Assembly (NCBI RefSeq): GCF_018350175.1
Contig: NC_058382.1
Coordinates: forward strand, 58,654,001-58,718,000
Length of the DNA: 64,000 nucleotides
Source of the DNA: Felis catus
Taxonomy: Eukaryota
Reading direction: 5' to 3'
Under the pieces are notes generated by a model. It had not been told where the DNA came from. It ran no database searches and was given only the letters and a program-made list of their open reading frames with translations. Shown piece after piece: positions 22,216 to 34,577 of the stretch. The translations under genes and the position numbers were made by a program. Positions within the stretch are counted from its first letter, which is position 1. Every line of letters begins with the position of its first letter.

Positions 22216-24227
22216 GGGATGAAGACTTAGCCACACGAATAAGTTGCTGGCACGTAGCCTACGCTCCAAACACATGACCAAGTTCTTTGCGTCTCTGAGT
22301 AGGATCCAGGAGCCTGGGGTGCACCTAGCTTGTGTGGGTGGCAAAAAAGCCACCCCAGCTCCAGGGCAAGAGGAGATGTGAAGAGAGGGTCGGGAAGCGC
22401 CTTGGGTTTACGCGTCTGCGTCCCCACCAGCCAGCTCACCCCGGATTCCCTGAAGGAGGTCATGTGCACACACAGCTCGGACCGCAGAGGTCTGGCAGGG
22501 GGAGGAGAGTCAGCAGGAGAGCTCGAAGCCGAATTCCAGCGTTCTGGCTCAGGTGGAGGGTGCAGGAGGGGGAGTGAGCTCTGGAAATGAACCATCGCTG
22601 ACGCTGTCTCCTTCCCCCGTCGCCCGAAACGGTGTTATTTCCTCCCTTGAAAATGTCTTCAGGCAAAATGTAGATAAAACGTGAGTGTTACTTATTAGAT
22701 TACATTCCTTCCCCGCTAATCAGGCCGGCTTGGGCTACCGAGATTCCGTATCACTTAATGCCGCCTTTGTACCGGCCTCCCCTCCTTCTGTGTCCACTCC
22801 CACAGCCCAGACCCCGGAGATGCTGCCAGAGCTTGGGCTGGGCCGGCCCCGGGGACAGCTGTCTTACACGCAGCGGTAGGCCAGCACTTAAAAATAAAAC
22901 CGCCCCCCGCCGCGGAGCGCCTCCTGGGCCGGCAGGAGAAGTGCTCAGGTTGAGTGGGCCTCTGGCTGCTCGGCCCGCGGCGCCCGGGGCCCTCACGGTC
23001 ACGTCGGGAGGTCCCGCTGGGGACCCGAGGGGAAGCGGAGAGGCTTCTTCGAGAGGGCCGGTCCCACTCGGGGCCAGCGGATTAGCGGGACACGTAGAAT
23101 TTCCAAATTTAGCATTCAGGAATTGCTTCTTATAAACAAGGGCTGCCTTCGCCCGGAGATGCGGAGGAGATAATGCCAAAAAAGTCCCCCTTTGCGACTG
23201 AATTCTGTCATTCTGCAGCCAGCCTCCAAGTCGGCTGTTGGTGCAAATGAAGGGCCGCTTCCTGCCTGGCCCTCTGCGTGGGTGGTCGGGCTTAAAATGA
23301 AATATCCAGGCTGACAAATGCTTTTACAAAGGCCAGATTATAAACTGTAAACCTACTGTCAGCTGGGCAGAAGAGAAAGCTAAATGTCTCTCTGCCATTT
23401 CAAGGCTTGGTTTGGCTACAAGAGTAAGAGCCCTGTTGGGATGAGCGAGCAGACCAGCCTCGCCTTGTAAACTGTCCCCGGGCTGCAGGGAGCGCGGAGA
23501 AGGGGGTCCAGCAGCCAGGAAGCAAACGGCCTTCCCGCTGTTTTGGGAGACCTGGGTACCGTTACGTGGACAAAGTTCTCCGGAACAAAGGAAAGGAAAG
23601 CAGAGTTTCTAGAAGGGACGAAGTGTAGGAGGCGTCTATGCTTTGGGGGGCATTCAGACTCCTGGAGAGTTTCGAAGGGTGAATTAGTTCAGGGGAGAAG
23701 CTGGACCCGACCTGCAGACCGGGAAACACACGTGATGGGGGTCGGTCCAAGAGGGAAAATCATTTCTTGTCTCCCTTTGCTGCGTGTTTGTGGGAATGCA
23801 GACCCCTGGCTTCTCGCTAATAAGCCTTCTCTCCCAGATGCGAGGAAGGCGAGGGAGAGGGTGGAAGGACCTGGCAGGTGCGTGATGGCACACGTTCACT
23901 GTGCCGGGCTCTCCACTCGAGGCGGGAGCAGCGGAGCCCGGGAAGTGCCAGTGAGGGGAGAGGGGTGTGTGGGGACTCTCCTCCCACCTGCCAGCCTGTT
24001 CCGGTCGGGCTAAGAGCGCGAGCGTCTTTGCGAGCCGCGTAAAGCCGGGATGCCTGGGCACGGGCGGCTTGCCCTCTCAGTCCAAAGCCTTCCACCTGCT
24101 CAGACACGGGAAAGTTAGGGAATCTGGGATCCCGTGAGCTAGAAGGAAGCAGGGAGGTTGCGTGGGTGCACTGAATGGTCAGGCCATCCTTGCTCCACGA
24201 GCAAAACCACAGCAGGAGCCTCGGTTC

Positions 24228-24880
24228 AATGTTTTTATTCAACAAATATTTGTTGAGCATTCGCTACGTGTCAAGCACTGTTCCAAACTTGGGAAGCACG
24301 AATGTACAGAACAGGCAGGGGTCCCTGTTTTCAAGGGGCCGGGCTTCCAGGCTGGGAGTGGGAAACATAAGAAGGAAGTTGCACGGGGTGGGGGGGGGCA
24401 GCTGGTGCAAAGGCCCTGAGGCAGAAGAGGGGGAAGGGCAGTGAGGAGTCCAACATGGTCGGATCAGAGAGAATGAGGGGAAAGTCAGGAGGTGGGGAGG
24501 AGGAGGGGGATGACAGACAGTCTAGGGATTCAGGACTCACTCTCACGTGGCCGCTTACACTTGCGTTTACGTTACTTAAAATAAAATCGACTCCTCAGCC
24601 ACACTAGATGCATTTCAAGTGCTCAGCAGCCACCCGTGGCTGCTGGCCACCATACTGAATGGCATAGTTCTAGAACATTCCATCTGCTGGGTACCGCTAC
24701 TCTAGGGTCTTGGAAGGACCCGTGGCGATCATCGTAAGAACTGTAGCTTCTGCTCTGACAGACGTGGGAAACTGTTGGGTTCTGACCAGAGGGCTGTTGT
24801 TCTCAAAGGGTCACTCCAGCTGTCGTGCGAGGAACATCTCTGGGGAGAGGAGGGAGGGAATGGCCAACGTGGTCCAGACA
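24228..24880 (-). mobile_element. L2 LINE, interrupted by MER3
   Basis: 'attcaacaaatatttgttgagcattcgctacgtgtcaagcactg' and 'gcaaaggccctgaggcagaa'. Confidence 0.75.
24570..24705. mobile_element. MER3-like hAT element
   Basis: 'cacactagatgcatttcaagtgctcagcagccacccgtggctgctggccaccatactg...tagaacattcc'. Confidence 0.75.
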
Positions 24881-24999
24881 GGGCCAGGGGCCTGCTCAGG
24901 GCCACTCTGCACGTGAGTAGGGGAGCCAGGCTCCAGCCTCTCAGTCTGTGACGCTTCCAATTCCAAAGGGCCTTTCTTCTCTACGCATTAAATTATAAA

Positions 25000-25148
25000 T
25001 GCGAACGTATGTGCATGTACATGTGTGCATACACGTGTCTCCATACATATGTACGCATGGATGTGTGTGTACAGATGTGTATGTGTGTGCAATATACTCA
25101 CGTGTGTATATATCCACATTTACACATATATATGTGCATATCTGTATA
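25000..25148. repeat. Degenerate (TA/TG/CA) low-complexity tract
   Basis: Direct reading. Confidence 0.8.
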
Positions 25149-25920
25149 GGCAATTTTTCCAATGACATAATTGTTTTAAACGGCCTATGGAAGTAAAATG
25201 CACATATCGCAAAGTCCGCCCAGTTTGAGTGTAAAATTCATCGATCGCTAGTACACTGGCCGGGTCGTGCAGCCGTCAGCCCAGTTCAGCCCCGCGTGTC
25301 TTTGGGGAAGGGACTCAAGCAAAGGGGTCTGTGCCCCCAGCCTGGCTCAGGTCGGTCCGAGCAGTGACCCGGCTGGAAGCCGTCCTCCCCTGGGGTCGTG
25401 GAGGTGCGCGCGCTTGTCACTGAGAATCACGCACACATAACACGGGCACGTCCTCACACAGAGCCCCTCTAGAAGAGATGTGTCACATCTGTCCCTGCCC
25501 CCCGACACCCCTCTTCCTTCCTTGGCAGGAGGTTTTTCTCTCCATCTTTTCTTGGAATCTCCAAGCATCTTGCTTTAGTGCTGGGTTTTCCAGCCTTGTG
25601 GCCAAAAGTATACACAGAGAAAAATATACAGAGAGGTTAGGCTCCTTTTCCCACTGAGCTAATATTTAGGGGAAAGAAGATTAAACAGATAGTCCAGGGC
25701 TGGCTTGTGTTACCGCATTATCCTTCAAAAAGTAAAGAATTTTAGGGAAAAAAAATCCAACTAAGAGGGAAAAAGCTCAAAGCTCTTTAAGAGAAACGAT
25801 CATGGTTTATGCCAAAGTTGCAGACTAGAATTAATTGAACACTTACTATGTGCAGGGCACTGGCATTACACAGACGAGCAAGGTTGGGTCTCTGCCTTCT
25901 AGGTGTTTCTAGCGGGCCAG

Positions 25921-25990
25921 TCCTTCTTTCCTCCCGTCCGTCCGTCCTCCCTCCTTCCCTCCCTCCCTTCCTTCCTTCCTTCCTTCCTTC
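25921..25990 (+). repeat. (TTCC/TCCC)n simple repeat
   Basis: Direct reading. Confidence 0.9.
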
Positions 25991-26244
25991 ATCAGATATT
26001 AACTGAGGACTGGTGTATGCCAGGTCACCTGTATAGGGATGAGCAAGGCTTTTTACGATGCCCATAATCCAGTTGAGGACATGATGTATTTTGGCTGAAT
26101 TTTCACTAATGTCCGTGAGTCTGGAGGCGCCGAGTGCTACTTGGAGAACAGACAGCATAGGAGTTTGAAGGAGAAAGGGGAAAGCTGACACTTGGGTCAC
26201 CTTCCACCGAAGCCGGGTGTGATGTGGCCCCTTCCACACTCTCC

Positions 26245-26745
26245 TGCAGCTGCTATTGCGTGGGACACACCGCCCCAAACTCAGTGGCCCGAAACAGCAA
26301 TGGATTTACTAGGCTCATGGCCTCCGTGGGTCAGGAATTTGGACGGGACACAGTGGAGATGGGCTTCCAGCTGGGAGAACTCTGTGGGGGGGGGGGGGTC
26401 GGGCGGGTGCTGGAATCATCTAAAGGCTCCTGCCTGGGCTGAGAGGGCCCCGAGTCTCAAATGCTCCCCCAGGGTTTGGGCTTCCTCAAGCATGGTGGCC
26501 CAGTGGAGTCAGGTTTGCCCACGGTGGCCCAGTGCCCCAAGCACGAGAATTCCAGAGAACAAGGCAGAAATGCCAGCCCCCGTTCTGATAAGCCTTGGGA
26601 GCCTGCACCCACTTTCCTGTGGTTATCCGTGAGTCACAAGCCCCCCACCCGGACTGAGGGAGGGGACACGGACCCCAGCTCCCCCTTGGAGGAGGGTCAG
26701 ACCATAGATACGCACGACGGATGAATACTGTTGTGGTCATCTCTG
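26245..26745 (-). mobile_element. MLT1 (F/G/H-like) LTR
   Basis: 'ccccaaactcagtggc', 'tgggtcaggaatttgg', 'gctggaatcatctaaaggc' and 'gggcttcctcaagcatggtggc'. Confidence 0.75.
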
Positions 26746-26759
26746 GAAAATGCAATCTG

Positions 26760-26865
26760 GATGACAAATAAGGAAACTGGGGTATAGAGAAGGGAAGTAA
26801 ATTGCCCAAGACACACAGCTGCAAGTGACTCAGTCAATATTTGAGTCTCGGTGTCCAGACTCCCC
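26760..26865 (-). mobile_element. MIR
   Basis: 'acaaataaggaaactggggtatagagaagggaagtaaattgcccaagacacacagct'. Confidence 0.75.
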
Positions 26866-27729
26866 CCTCCCTTTATCCAGATCACCGTGGGCAAGCACAG
26901 TCAGGGAAGGCTTCCTGAAGGAGGCGGCATGCATCTCCACGTATTGCCCTCGCCTGACCACCTTGCCTTCTCTTGGCTGTGGCTGTTTCTCTGACCGCCC
27001 CCCCCACCCTCCTTCTGTGTTCCTCATCCCGTTTGCCTCCCAAAGACCGACAGCTGCAGTACAGGGGCAGGCTCGATGGAGAGCAAGGCCCCCGAAGGGC
27101 CATTATTATTAACATTGCCCACCTGCCCCACGTGGGTTCCGTTCCCATCCGGCCTCCCAGCTCGCCTGGACTAGAAACCACGGCCAACGGTGAGATGTTG
27201 AGCGGCCCTGTCTGGAAATCTCGCACGGAGGCGAGGGCTGGGGCAAGAGGTCCTAGCCGGTGACCCCACAAGTAGACGGAATCTAGGGAAACGGTGGGGG
27301 TGCTGGGCAGATACATCACGGATTGCCGTTTTCACTGCTGCTGGGAAAAATCTGAGACTCAGGGAAACCAGTGGAATGTTTTACCCGGCGGAGTATTAGA
27401 TGGCAGGGGGAAAGACGCGGACGCACGTGACGGTGTGAACCTCGAACACGTTTCGCGGAGGGGGAGGAGCCAGACGCAAAGGACCCCCAAGTGGGGCTCA
27501 GCGAACACGAGACACCCACAACAGGCGGAGGCCCAGACGCGGGAAGCAGACGTGTGCCTGCCCAGGTAACTCCAAACCCACCAGTTTTAGGGATTTATTT
27601 CTGTCGTGCTGGTTTCTCGTCTGTTTCCGGTGCTGATGCTGTTGAACGTGTGGAGTCCCGGTGCACACAGAGTTCTGGGTCCTCGAAGTGTCTGTGTTCT
27701 GGAGAGAGCGGCTCTCACGAGGCTGCTTT

Positions 27730-27985
27730 ATTACAGATATGCTTTACTGCTTTTGACTGCTGTGTAGTATTTTGTGGTGTGGATTTAGCATAATTTATCA
27801 AGCCAGCCCACTGCTGACGGACGCCTGGGGCATTTTTTAGTCTTACTGTAACGATGATGCCGCGGTGAACGTTTTTCGAGAACGTCTTTGCCTCTCACGT
27901 GACTCTAGCTGTGGAATGAATTCTTAGCAATGCAAAGCGCTAGATCGGATAATCTCATGTTTAAGTTTTTGATGGGACTTTCCGG
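27730..27985 (-). mobile_element. L1ME-like fragment
   Basis: 'ctgctgtgtagtattttgtggtgtggatttagcataatttat...ctgctgacggac'. Confidence 0.6.
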
Positions 27986-29434
27986 CTTGTGTAGTTTGTT
28001 GCAAACCATGACCCTCCAATGGCATATAAGATCGCTTGCTCCAAACTAATTTTAGGCATTTTTTGATGGCTCCCACAAGGGGACAGGACGCAGAGGTCTC
28101 CTCCCTTTCCCAGAACCAGAGAGAAGGCAGTTGACGACCTCAGTGTGCATCCCCCCGCACCCCATCCCCCCGCCCCGTCACTCCACGAGCTCCCGTGGCT
28201 GCCCTGTGCTCAGTCTCCACCAAGCCCCTGAGGACGATGCGAACTGCCCCTCGATAGCCTTCTCTCTTTCTTCCCGTATTAATAAACCCCCTAGTTTGTT
28301 TCTTTGACTGAAGTATAATTGACACACAGTGTTACATTAGTTCCAGGGAAGTCCCTGGGTTTTCATCAGGCCCCTGGCCACCCACCTGCAGCCTCCCTTG
28401 AAGCTCGAGGAGGCCCCGGGACCACATTCCCACCTTCAGGACGGGAGTGGACATAACCACACGGCATCTGCGTTTCTTCTCCTAAGGAAGCTGCTGCCTT
28501 CCTAACACTCTGTCTCTTTCCCCAGCAACCAGGAGACAGAGAGCATACTCGGGTGGCCCCGCGAGACGGGTGGAGCCCGGGTCCCCGGAGGACACAGGAG
28601 GCTAGAGGAAGAAGCCTCCCCATTTCTGCACGGGGCACATCACGGTGCAGACTCACCAGGCGGCTCCTCTCAGGGCTCAGCAGCTTTGGGAGTGTCAGGA
28701 GACAGCCCTTGGGCGGGGAATTGGCATCAGGGACAGGACAGAGTGGGACAGAGAGGCCCGGTTGACGATCACATAATGGGCATCCCCACGGCCCCCCAGA
28801 AAGAACCCACAGCCCTCGGGGTCCTCGGGAATGCAGGTGGTTCCACGGGCCAGCGAGAGGCTGCATATTCGCTCCACTTGCCAGGGGCCCCGGGACGGCG
28901 GCAGGGATCACCCCCGTCACAGGCCGTGCCACTTCCTGGTAAGTGCAGGCAGGTTGGAATTCGGAGGCCGAGCTGCCTGGTTCCAGCTGCTCCGGGGGCC
29001 AAACCGCCAACCCACAGCTGGAACGAACGCTCATAAAAAGCCCCCACCTTCTGCCCTCCGTCTGCTTCCTGGGACACGTCCGCGGCTCTCCTCCCACACC
29101 AACAGTGCACATCTGATCTTTCCCATCGAACTTCTCCGTGGCAGAGCCTTGGAGTTCCTGAGACCTACTGAATCATTTGGCTGCTGGCGCGGAGAGTTCC
29201 TGGAACGAAAGGGAGCCGGGTGGCCGTTGAGATTTTCTCCCTTTGCTCCTGACTCCTGGTGGAACCCTTCAGAGGGGAGAACGCGTCAGGGCGTTCGAGC
29301 AAACGGCTGGGATATCGAGTCCAGCGAAGGGAGCGGTAGGAGGCTTAGAAGAAGCATGTTCTGGATCCTTCGTCACTTACTTCCTGGACATTTGCTTGGA
29401 GCTCCTGCCCGTGGGGCTCCGCGCAAGTGACTGA

Positions 29435-29903
29435 TGGTATGGAATGAAGATGGCCTCACCCTCACCCCCCCGACCCCCGCCGCCCCGCATTTACGTCCCT
29501 CCTGAAACTCCAAACGGGACTTCTGTGGAATAAGGTCTTTGCAGATGTGTTTGAGGTGAAGACGGAAATGAGATCATGCTGGATGGGGGTGGGCCCGAAT
29601 TCCATGAAAGCATCCTTGTAAGAGACGGAAAGGGACACACAGACAGACACGGGGGACAAGGCCGTGGGGCGAGGCGGCGGAAATAGGAACGAGGCACGCG
29701 CAAGCCGAGGAGCGCCAGGGATTGCCACAGATACCAGAAGCCAAGAGAAAGGCACGGGACCCACGAGCCCCTGGGGACATCACGGCCCTGCTCACACTTT
29801 GGGTTTGGGCTTCTGGCCTCTCAGACCGTGACGGAATAAACTTATCTCGTTCTGACCCACCTAGTTTGAGGTAATTTGTTCAGGCGGCCGTAGGAAATGA
29901 ACA
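29435..29903 (+). mobile_element. MLT1 (C/D-like) solo LTR
   Basis: 'ggtctttgcagatgt', 'gagatcatgctggat', 'cttctggcctctcagaccgtgacggaataaac', ending 'gccgtaggaaatgaaca'. Confidence 0.85.
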
Positions 29904-29934
29904 GGTGCGTGGGGGGGGGGGGGCGGCCTCTCCT

Positions 29935-30250
29935 CCCCAGAGGATCAGGCTGTGCTTCAAGGAGGTGAGCGCTGACCGGAGCCCCGAGGATGATGAAGAA
30001 CGTGCTGTGCAGACGGGGAGGGGAGACGAATTCCAGGCAGAAGGCACAGCCTGTGAAGGCACACAGAGCCACGGACGGGCGCAGCTTGCCCGGAAAACGG
30101 ATGGAATGTGTGTGACGAAGACGGCCAAGGGGAGGCGGAGTCGCGAAGAGCCTTTGGGCCTTGCTAACGGAAGTGGCCCTTCTGGAGGCAACAGGAGCCA
30201 CTGACGGTGGTGGAACGGGGGAGACGTGTCATCATTTTTAACTGAAGATT
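29935..30250 (-). mobile_element. L2 fragment
   Basis: 'attccaggcagaaggcacagcctgtgaaggcac'. Confidence 0.6.
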
Positions 30251-30279
30251 ACGTGCCTGTGACGAAGCGACCAGGGACG

Positions 30280-30750
30280 AAGGGGACAGCTCGGTGAATT
30301 CTGAAATGTGCACACGGCCAGGTCAAGGCTCAGAATACTTCTAGCACCCGCAAGAGGCTCCCTGGGCTCTCTCTTCGGCCAAAGCTCAGCTTCCCGGAGG
30401 CAGCCACCACTCTGACTTTCACCAGAATCATTGGTTCATGTTGGCTGTTCTTGGACTTCATATATGCACTGGCTCATGCAGGGTGTGCCTGGCTTCTTTC
30501 GTTCGACATTTAGCCATGTTATTCTAAGTATTAGAACGTGGTTCCTCTTGTTCTCAGAATACTGTTCTGTTGTATGAACATACCACGGTGTATTTATTCA
30601 TTCTCCCGTTGGTGGAGGTTTCTAGTTGGGGTTATCGTGAACGCACGTCCCGTGAGCATTCTCCTACGTGTCTCTTGGCGGACATGCACTTTCATTTTGA
30701 TGCGTAGGTACCTAGGACCGGAAGTGTTGCGCCCTAGGATAATCATTCAG
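30280..30750 (-). mobile_element. L1ME-like fragment
   Basis: 'gcagccaccactctgactttc', 'gcctggcttctttcgttcgaca' and 'tgtatgaacataccacggtgtatttattcattctcc'. Confidence 0.65.
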
Positions 30751-30807
30751 TCCGCTTTGCTCTGTACCCACGGAGACGTTCTTTTTCTTCTGGTGGCAGA
30801 ATTCAGA

Positions 30808-31310
30808 TTTTTATTTTTTTTTATTTTTGTTGATTTATTTATGGTTAACTTAAATTTTTGTTAGCGCGTGTGCAGTACAATATTGGTTTCAGGAGAAGAA
30901 TTCGGTGATTCATCACATAGAACACCCAGTGCTCATGGCAAGTGCCCTCCTTAGTAGCCATCACCCGTCTAGCCCATCCCCCACCTCCCTCCATCAACCC
31001 CTAGTTTGTTCTCTATCGTTCAGAGTCTCTTATGGTTTGTTTCCCTCTCTTCTCCCCTCCGCCCACTTCCCATATGTCCATCTGTTACGTTTCTTCAATT
31101 CTGTGAATGAGTGAATTCCCGTGGTATTTGCCTTTCTCTGATGGAGTTATTTCGCTTAGGGTACATTCTAGCTCCATCCACGTCATTGCAAATGGCAAGA
31201 TTTCATTCTCTTTGATGACTGATATTCCATTGTATATATATATACCGCGTCTTCTTTCTCCATTCATCTGTCGATGGACATTTGCACTGCTTCCATGGTT
31301 TGGCTGTTGT
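30808..31310 (-). mobile_element. Carnivore L1 3' end
   Basis: T-rich tail, 'aacacccagtgctcatggcaagtgccctcct' and 'ctagctccatccacgtcattgcaaatggcaagatttcattc'. Confidence 0.9.
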
Positions 31311-31719
31311 CCTGGAGACACTTGATGATGCGCCGAGTTGGGCAGATGTTGGGGCAGTTGTTCTTGGTGATCAGTGGCTGCAGGGATTGAGGGAGAGAGG
31401 TGAAGTGGGCTCCAAGGGTTCAGCCTCCTTGGCAGGTTGCGTGGGGATACAATCTCAGGAGACAGAGAAAGACAGAAGGAAGGATAGGTGTGGGGGGAGA
31501 AAAAGATCCAGTTGAACATCCTTCTTCCTGGGAATTTTCAGCCCTGAACCCAGAGAAGCAGAATCTGAGAGTATTGAGCAGAGCCACGTTAATGGAACAT
31601 TCCGGAAAGGGAATCCATGAACTCGTGTGGGGCAGGTTCTCCGATGCCCTCATTCTGCCTTTCCTGATATTCGTTTGCTTCAACAACGGAATTCCTTCAA
31701 ATCGGTGCCACTGGCTCCC

Positions 31720-32060
31720 TGTATTAGAACCAACCGAGTGCCATAACTCACGACCCCAACGTCTCGGGGCTTTATCCCGACACAGTCTATTTCTTCCTCA
31801 CTTAATCCACGGGGTGCTCGGCCCCGCGCTGGTGTTCAGGAACCAGGCTGAACGCATCTGTGCTCGTGGGCCCCTCTGGGTCCCTGGGTGGAAGACGTGA
31901 GCACAGGGAGATTTTGATAGGCCGGCTGTGGAAGGGCCGGAAGGGTCACTGTGGAAGGGTCACTTCTGCTCATTGCCGTAGACCACGTCTAACCGCAAGG
32001 GATTCCGGAAAACGTGGCCCAGCCTTGTGCCCAGGAGGAAGGGCAGAACGGCTGTCTGTC
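31720..32060 (-). mobile_element. Old MLT1 (K-like) LTR
   Basis: 'tcacttctgctcattg...ctaaccgcaagggattccggaaaacgtggcccagccttgtgcccaggaggaag'. Confidence 0.55.
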
Positions 32061-33029
32061 CGCGTGGCCCCATCACGCCCACCCGACACTGTCCAGGGTG
32101 TGTCTGATACCACACCTAAAACGTTCTCAGGAAGCCTAGAAGTCGGCTACCTGAGGCCTAGGCTCTCAGCTACGTGGCATTCACTGTTTGCTTCTGCTCA
32201 TTTAAGACCGTTTGCTTTTGTATACATCCAAGCCCTAGGCGTCAGGCCTGTTGACCAGGTTCCGGGAAATTCCTCAAACAACAAACTGAAGTCGGTTTGG
32301 GTGGGATCCCACTCTCCCCCCCCCCCCCCCCCCAGGCGACTCCCGCTCTCTCCATGTGTTCACCCTTTCTCTTCTTGACGACGAGGGGCACTTCGACTGA
32401 GCACAGTCCTCTGTCTCTTTCTGTGTCATTCTCTACGTTCCACGTCATTGGGTCTCTCTCTGCTGGAGGCGGGAGCAGGACAGACGTGGGAGTGTTGCCT
32501 TGCAGCTATGCCCCGAACAACTGTGTTCTCAGGGCTTGAGTCAGAAACTTGTCTTCTTGAACCAACATTCAGCAAGGTGGCTGCCTGCCTGATACACCCA
32601 TCAGAGTCCGAGCGGGAGGGCTCCTCTATCGTGAAGCTTTATAAAGGTTGCCTAATAAGTTACGAAAGCCTAAAGGAGAAACGGAGAGGGTTTCCTCCTC
32701 AGCCTGGGGGCAAATTACTTCCCTTTGCAGAGAAAGGTCTAGGTAATCCCCAGCTTACCTTACAGTCAAAGGGAGAGGACCAGCCCACAAAGCTGAGAGC
32801 GGTCACAGACGAGCTGGGTGGCTGCAGGACAGACTCTAATGTCCTCAGATGCACAGACATCAGTCAGGCCCCACTCCTGCTTTAGAGCTGAGCCAACTGA
32901 CTTGCAAAGCAAAAGTGACCTGCCCAAATGCATAACAGTAAAAACACGTACCCTGTCCTTATAAAGTTAGCATAAGCACAATTAAACATGGCCACCAAGG
33001 CCCAGGAGGCCTCGGTGGTCTTAGCGTCC

Positions 33030-33165
33030 AGTTACCCCTGGTCGGGGAACAGTTTCTTCATCTGTAAGATGGTAATTTCTTTTCAGAACGGTTGTGAGAA
33101 GTAAATGCAGAGAATACTGGTAAAGTGTCTGGACCGCGATGAGCCCTCCGTAATCATAACCATTG
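33030..33165 (+). mobile_element. MIR
   Basis: 'cagtttcttcatctgtaagatgg...ggttgtgagaagtaaatg'. Confidence 0.7.
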
Positions 33166-34379
33166 GATGACATAGTTTTGGTTTTCTGTCCCGAAACCAT
33201 CATTAGCAATAGGCCCAATGAGGCTTTCTTCGTTTCCATCCAAAGGATTCCGTCCTCACCAACCTGAGCCGTATTGGAGCCCGCGGCAAGGAGAAAATCC
33301 CAGTATTGACCTTCCATTTGCGACGTTCATATTTTTTCCTCACGGAATTGTTTGAAATCTGGCATTGAAGTGTTTCTTATTTGAGTGCTGAGTTTTTTAG
33401 TGGCGCCTTAAACGTCGCTGGCGGGGCAGGTGCCTCACTCAGGAGCCACTCCCTGATCCTGGCCCGGGGCTCTGATGGCAATGCTGACATTTCTCGCTGT
33501 CCGTGTTGTCGTGCTCCCGTGTTGCTCTCCCTCTGCGTGGCCCCCGACACACGGTTCTTCTGGGGACTCTGGCCCTGTTCCCACGGGACTGTATTTGCAC
33601 CTTCGTGTTTCTGAACTTGCAGAGCAAAGGGAAGTTTGTTTTAAATACTTCAGGCCTAGAACTGGGACTTCCTGAGGGGGGGTCCGACTTCGGATACAAG
33701 TTCCACGTTCAGTCTGGAAAACGGGCTCCCCCCGTGAACACCCCTGAACTTGCCCCCACGTGCCAGCTGGGTGGTTCCAGGGTCACTTCCAGAGCCGCTG
33801 TTCCTTGCCCGCGGTCGTGTGAACCAGAGCATGTTGGGCCTCTCTCTCCCCTTGGTCTCTGAGAGGGAGGGGCCCGGGCAGCCCCCCGGCTGGCGAGAGC
33901 GCCCGGGGAAGTCACGGCTGGACGAGTTTCCCGACTGTCCAGCGTCGGCCCCGGTTCTACAACCAGACACGATCTAGGGCGGAAACTCGGTTTCACTGAG
34001 CTAATGGGTTTGTGACGATATTTATGAACCAGATACCTGCTCCAGATGGAGACTGTTCTCACAGGAACGCAGAACGTTAGTTATTTAAACGGTCTTGGAA
34101 ACTGTCTAGTCTCCAGCAGTTTTTGCACCGTGCTCGGCAGAACATTCGGGTCCCAGGGCCCGGAGGGGGCCTCCAGGGCTGCAAGGGGTCCCAGGGGCTG
34201 GTTCCGGGGTCGGAAGGCGGAAGGAGGAGAGGCTGGGTGGGCAGGACTTTGGACCCCTTCTCTGCTCTCCGGCCTCAGATAGAACAACTGCATGCGATTT
34301 GCTCTACACACGGGGCCTCTAGTGTGTTTGTTTAAAGAAACGAATCTGATTAAAAATAGTTTTAAAACCATGAACCCAG

Positions 34380-34577
34380 TTCAGAGGCTCTCAATCCTGG
34401 CGGCATACTGGGAATCACTTGAGGAATTTTTTTTTTTTTTTTTTTTTTAATTCCAAGGCCCAGGCCCTACACCCAGAAATTCAGACTTAATGGATCCACG
34501 GTGGGGTGTAGGCATCTGCATTGAAAAAAATCTTCCCAGATGACTCGAATGTACCACCAAAGTCGAGAACCGCTAAT
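34380..34577. mobile_element. MER5B-like element with internal poly-T
   Basis: 'ctctcaatcctggc...gaatcacttgagga...cccagatgactcgaatgt...gagaaccgct'. Confidence 0.7.

Noticed and set aside
24239..24256. Perfect 18-bp palindrome tcaacaaatatttgttga
   Set aside because: About one substitution away from the quasi-palindromic L2 tail.
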